A DNA stretch of 64,000 nt from positions 910,181-974,180 of the forward strand of contig RDEW01000013.1 in NCBI GenBank assembly GCA_011109175.1, read 5' to 3'. The DNA is from Dicyema japonicum. Its lineage: Eukaryota; Animalia; Dicyemida. Positions 61,346-64,000 of this stretch are shown in pieces. The stretch's first letter is position 1; each line of letters begins with the position of its first letter. The notes beneath the pieces were generated by a model that saw only the letters and a program-made list of their open reading frames with translations, ran no database searches and was not told where the DNA came from. A program made the translations under genes and the position numbers.

Positions 61346-62348
61346 TGTGGATGTCTCAATGATTGTGACTTCCATCACATCAGAGTAATTTTAATGAAGA
61401 CTTTAGCAGACTTTCTAGTGTTTTATGAAAGCCTTCAAAAAGTTTAGTTTTCATTGGGAGAGATGGTGTTGTTAAATTGTTTAGAAACACTGCATCATCG
61501 CTGCTAAATGTAGGAATATCGTTCAGGAAGAGGTTCTACACGATAAGAGACAGAGGAGATCTTACTGGACGAAGTTTAGCAGACACTTACGGATTTTGTA
61601 GAAATGCTAATACACCTCCGCTCAGTTCATTTAGGAAGTTTACGATCCATATTTAAAATTTTTCTGAATGTCAGAAACAAAGGGGTTCCTTGTAATTAAC
61701 TTTCCTGTGACAGAGTCAATAGAATTTGTAAGGACTTTTGATGCCTCTAAGCGGATCATCTAAGATAGATTGTACAAATTTCCCCAATGGTCCAACGTAG
61801 GACACCCAATTTTAAAGAATGAGTTCAATTAACTTTCAATTTGTTTTGAAACCACGTGCTGTTCGATGGCCAACTTTGATATCTGTCCTTCTGAAGGTTT
61901 TTCATAACGATTTCTAGTTAATTCTGATTTATTAAACAATCTATTGATTTTTAATGTGCTGTTGGATAAACTGTTGCTTTTATTTACAAAAAGCTTTTTT
62001 ACAGTTTCAAAGAATTGACTTTAATAATAAAACTTGTAATTTGTTCAATTATTTCCTGGATATTTTTTTCTTAGGGCTTTTAGGCCGGTATATAATCTTA
62101 GAAATCAAAATTTTCATCGGAATTTTATAAAATTTTATATATTGCAGAAAGTGATATATCAACTATTTCGGATATTTTTTTAACAGGAATATTGTTTTAA
62201 TCTTAGAATTTGATTAAATAAATCAAATGTGAGTTTTTCTTATTTTTCGAATTTTTACATTATAAACATTGTCTTCCATATGTTATTTATCGTTAATTTA
62301 TGTATTTTGCATTTTTATTATAATATTGGGATCGTTATTTATCTTTTT

Positions 62349-63035
62349 ATTATTATATAGCACAATGTCTTGCCATTGGAAATGACAAAACCAGTGCAGT
62401 ACCAAACATTAAGCTTTTAGTTAATTTTCTCCAATTTCCACGATCCTGAGCCAAATCCCTCAAGTAATCCATATCACCAGCTATAAATAGGTGTGCGGAG
62501 TCGGCCAATTCTAAATATGAATCTGATAAATCTTGAGTAGAAGTCATCAAATAGAGCCGGATCTTTGTTAATTTCCAACCACTGTGATGGTGCGTATACA
62601 TTGATAATGGAGACAATGTCAGTGCTTGCTTTGGCATTCATAAACTTCATTTGTAGAAACTCCGATGCGGTCATTCTGCCCATATTCTGTAGATATGGGG
62701 GGAGAAATTCCATTTTTGATGGCAAAACCCAGTCCATTAGTGCCTGTTGACAGTCGGGAGAAAGATCACTTTGAATTTACCACATGTTCTTCGTGGTTAT
62801 CTTGGATTTTGGTTTCCTGTAGGCAACCGATTGCGACATCGTATTATGTAGGTCTTGACAGGAGGGACTCCTTTCCAAGAAGAGGTTAGGCCTCGGACGT
62901 TGAATGAGAGCAGCGAGAATTTCTCCAAAAGATAAGGTTCGTACTTTTCAGACATGTTAATACTTTATTAGAGCCACGTCACCAGCTCAACCAAAACTTT
63001 TGGATTTTTATCTTTATCTTTTTTGGGAATTGTAT
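62349..63035 (-). mobile_element. Internally deleted (bipartite) non-autonomous RTE derivative
   Basis: APE N-terminus (GCLQETKIQ, INVYAP, FIAGD) is fused directly to the extreme 3' end MDYLRDLAQDRGNWRKLTK, near-identical to 21770-21890. TAA-type tail. 5' boundary approximate. Confidence 0.75.
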
Positions 63036-63449
63036 TTAAAATAATAGGATCATTATTTATCTTTCTTGGATGCACTGTAATAATATTAAAAACACATATT
63101 TTCGTCTCTTTCCTTTGTACGTAATAATAAAACTTGTAATTTGTTCAAATATTTCCTGGATATTTTTTTTTAGGGCTTTTAGCCCGTACATAATCATAGA
63201 AATCCAAATTTTCATCGGAATTTTATAAATTTTATATTTTGCAGAAGGTGATATATCAACTATTTCGGATATTTTTTTTCACAGGAATATTGTTACTTAA
63301 TCTTGGAATTTGATTAAATAAATCAAATGTGAGTTTTTTTTATTTTTCGAATTTTTACATTATAAACATTGTCTTTCTCATGTTATTTATCGTTAATTTT
63401 ATATATTTTTGCATTTTTATTTATAATATTGGGATCGTTATTTATCTTT

Positions 63450-64000
63450 TTATTATTATAAAGCACAATGTCTTGCCATTGGAAATGACAAAACCAGTGC
63501 AGTACCAAACATTAATCTTTTAGTTAATTTTCTCCACTTTCCACGATCCTGAGCCAAATCCCTCAAGTAATCCATATCACCAGCTATAAATAGGTGTGCG
63601 AGTCGGCCAATTCTAAATATGAATCTGATAAATCTGAGTAGAAGTCATCAAATAGAGCCGGATCTTTGTTAATCCAACCACTGTGAGGTGCGTATACATT
63701 GATAATGGAGACAATGTCAGTGCTTGCTTTGGCATTCATAAACTTCATTTGTAGAACTCCGATGCGGTCATTAACTGCCCATACTTCTGTAGATATGGGG
63801 AGAAATTCCATTTTGATGGCAAAAAACCCAGTCCATAGTGCCTGTTGACAGTCGGGAGAAAGATCACTTTGAATTTACCACATGTTTCTTCGTAGTTATC
63901 TTGCATTTTGGTTTCCTGTAGGCAACCGATTGCGACATCGTATTATGTAGGTCTTGAGAGAGGGAGGTCCTTTTCCAAAAATAGGTTAGGCCTCGGACGT
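63450..64000 (-). mobile_element. Second copy of the bipartite RTE derivative (runs off the window)
   Basis: Near-identical to 62349-62900, with the same deletion junction. Confidence 0.8.

Larger units (their letters stand above)
62023..64000. repeat. Tandem segmental duplication, about 1.1-kb period
   Basis: 62023-62900 is repeated at 63123-64000 (TAATAATAAAACTTGTAATTTGTTCAA... through GGTTAGGCCTCGGACGT). Confidence 0.9.

Noticed and set aside
63329-63523. Hydrophobic 64-aa membrane protein
   Set aside because: T-rich flank plus the antisense of an RTE tail. The duplicate at about 62230-62420 does not keep the frame.

Overview
AT-rich eukaryotic genomic DNA with very small (about 20-28 nt) GT-AG introns, which suggests a genome-reduced animal parasite such as a myxozoan or dicyemid (inference only). 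Most of the window is decayed transposon debris: RTE-, Ingi/Vingi-, CRE- and R4-like non-LTR retrotransposons, Gypsy remnants, Buster-type hAT elements, a MULE and a tRNA-derived SINE. Host genes are largely invisible in the ORF track because of the tiny introns. They are an intact 9-exon annexin (24021-25227), an unprocessed RPS4 pseudogene and a LAMP-like membrane-protein gene with a partial inverted copy. The main result is that the two apparent satellite arrays (98-bp unit at about 8.1-8.8 kb; about 141-bp unit at about 14.2-17.7 kb) are not simple satellites. Each is the core of a micro-exon gene in which the repeat unit is exon-intron-exon-intron. Manual splicing gives two paralogous type-I membrane proteins with a signal peptide, a Gly/Ser/Thr/Asn/Pro-rich repetitive ectodomain, a conserved PxNWK motif, a TM helix and a short basic tail. 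They have about 30 and about 87 exons, mostly 11-43 nt long, arranged as frame-preserving modules, and they share a 16-bp upstream motif. This resembles a schistosome-MEG-like system for variable surface proteins. All splice models are manual predictions without transcript support.
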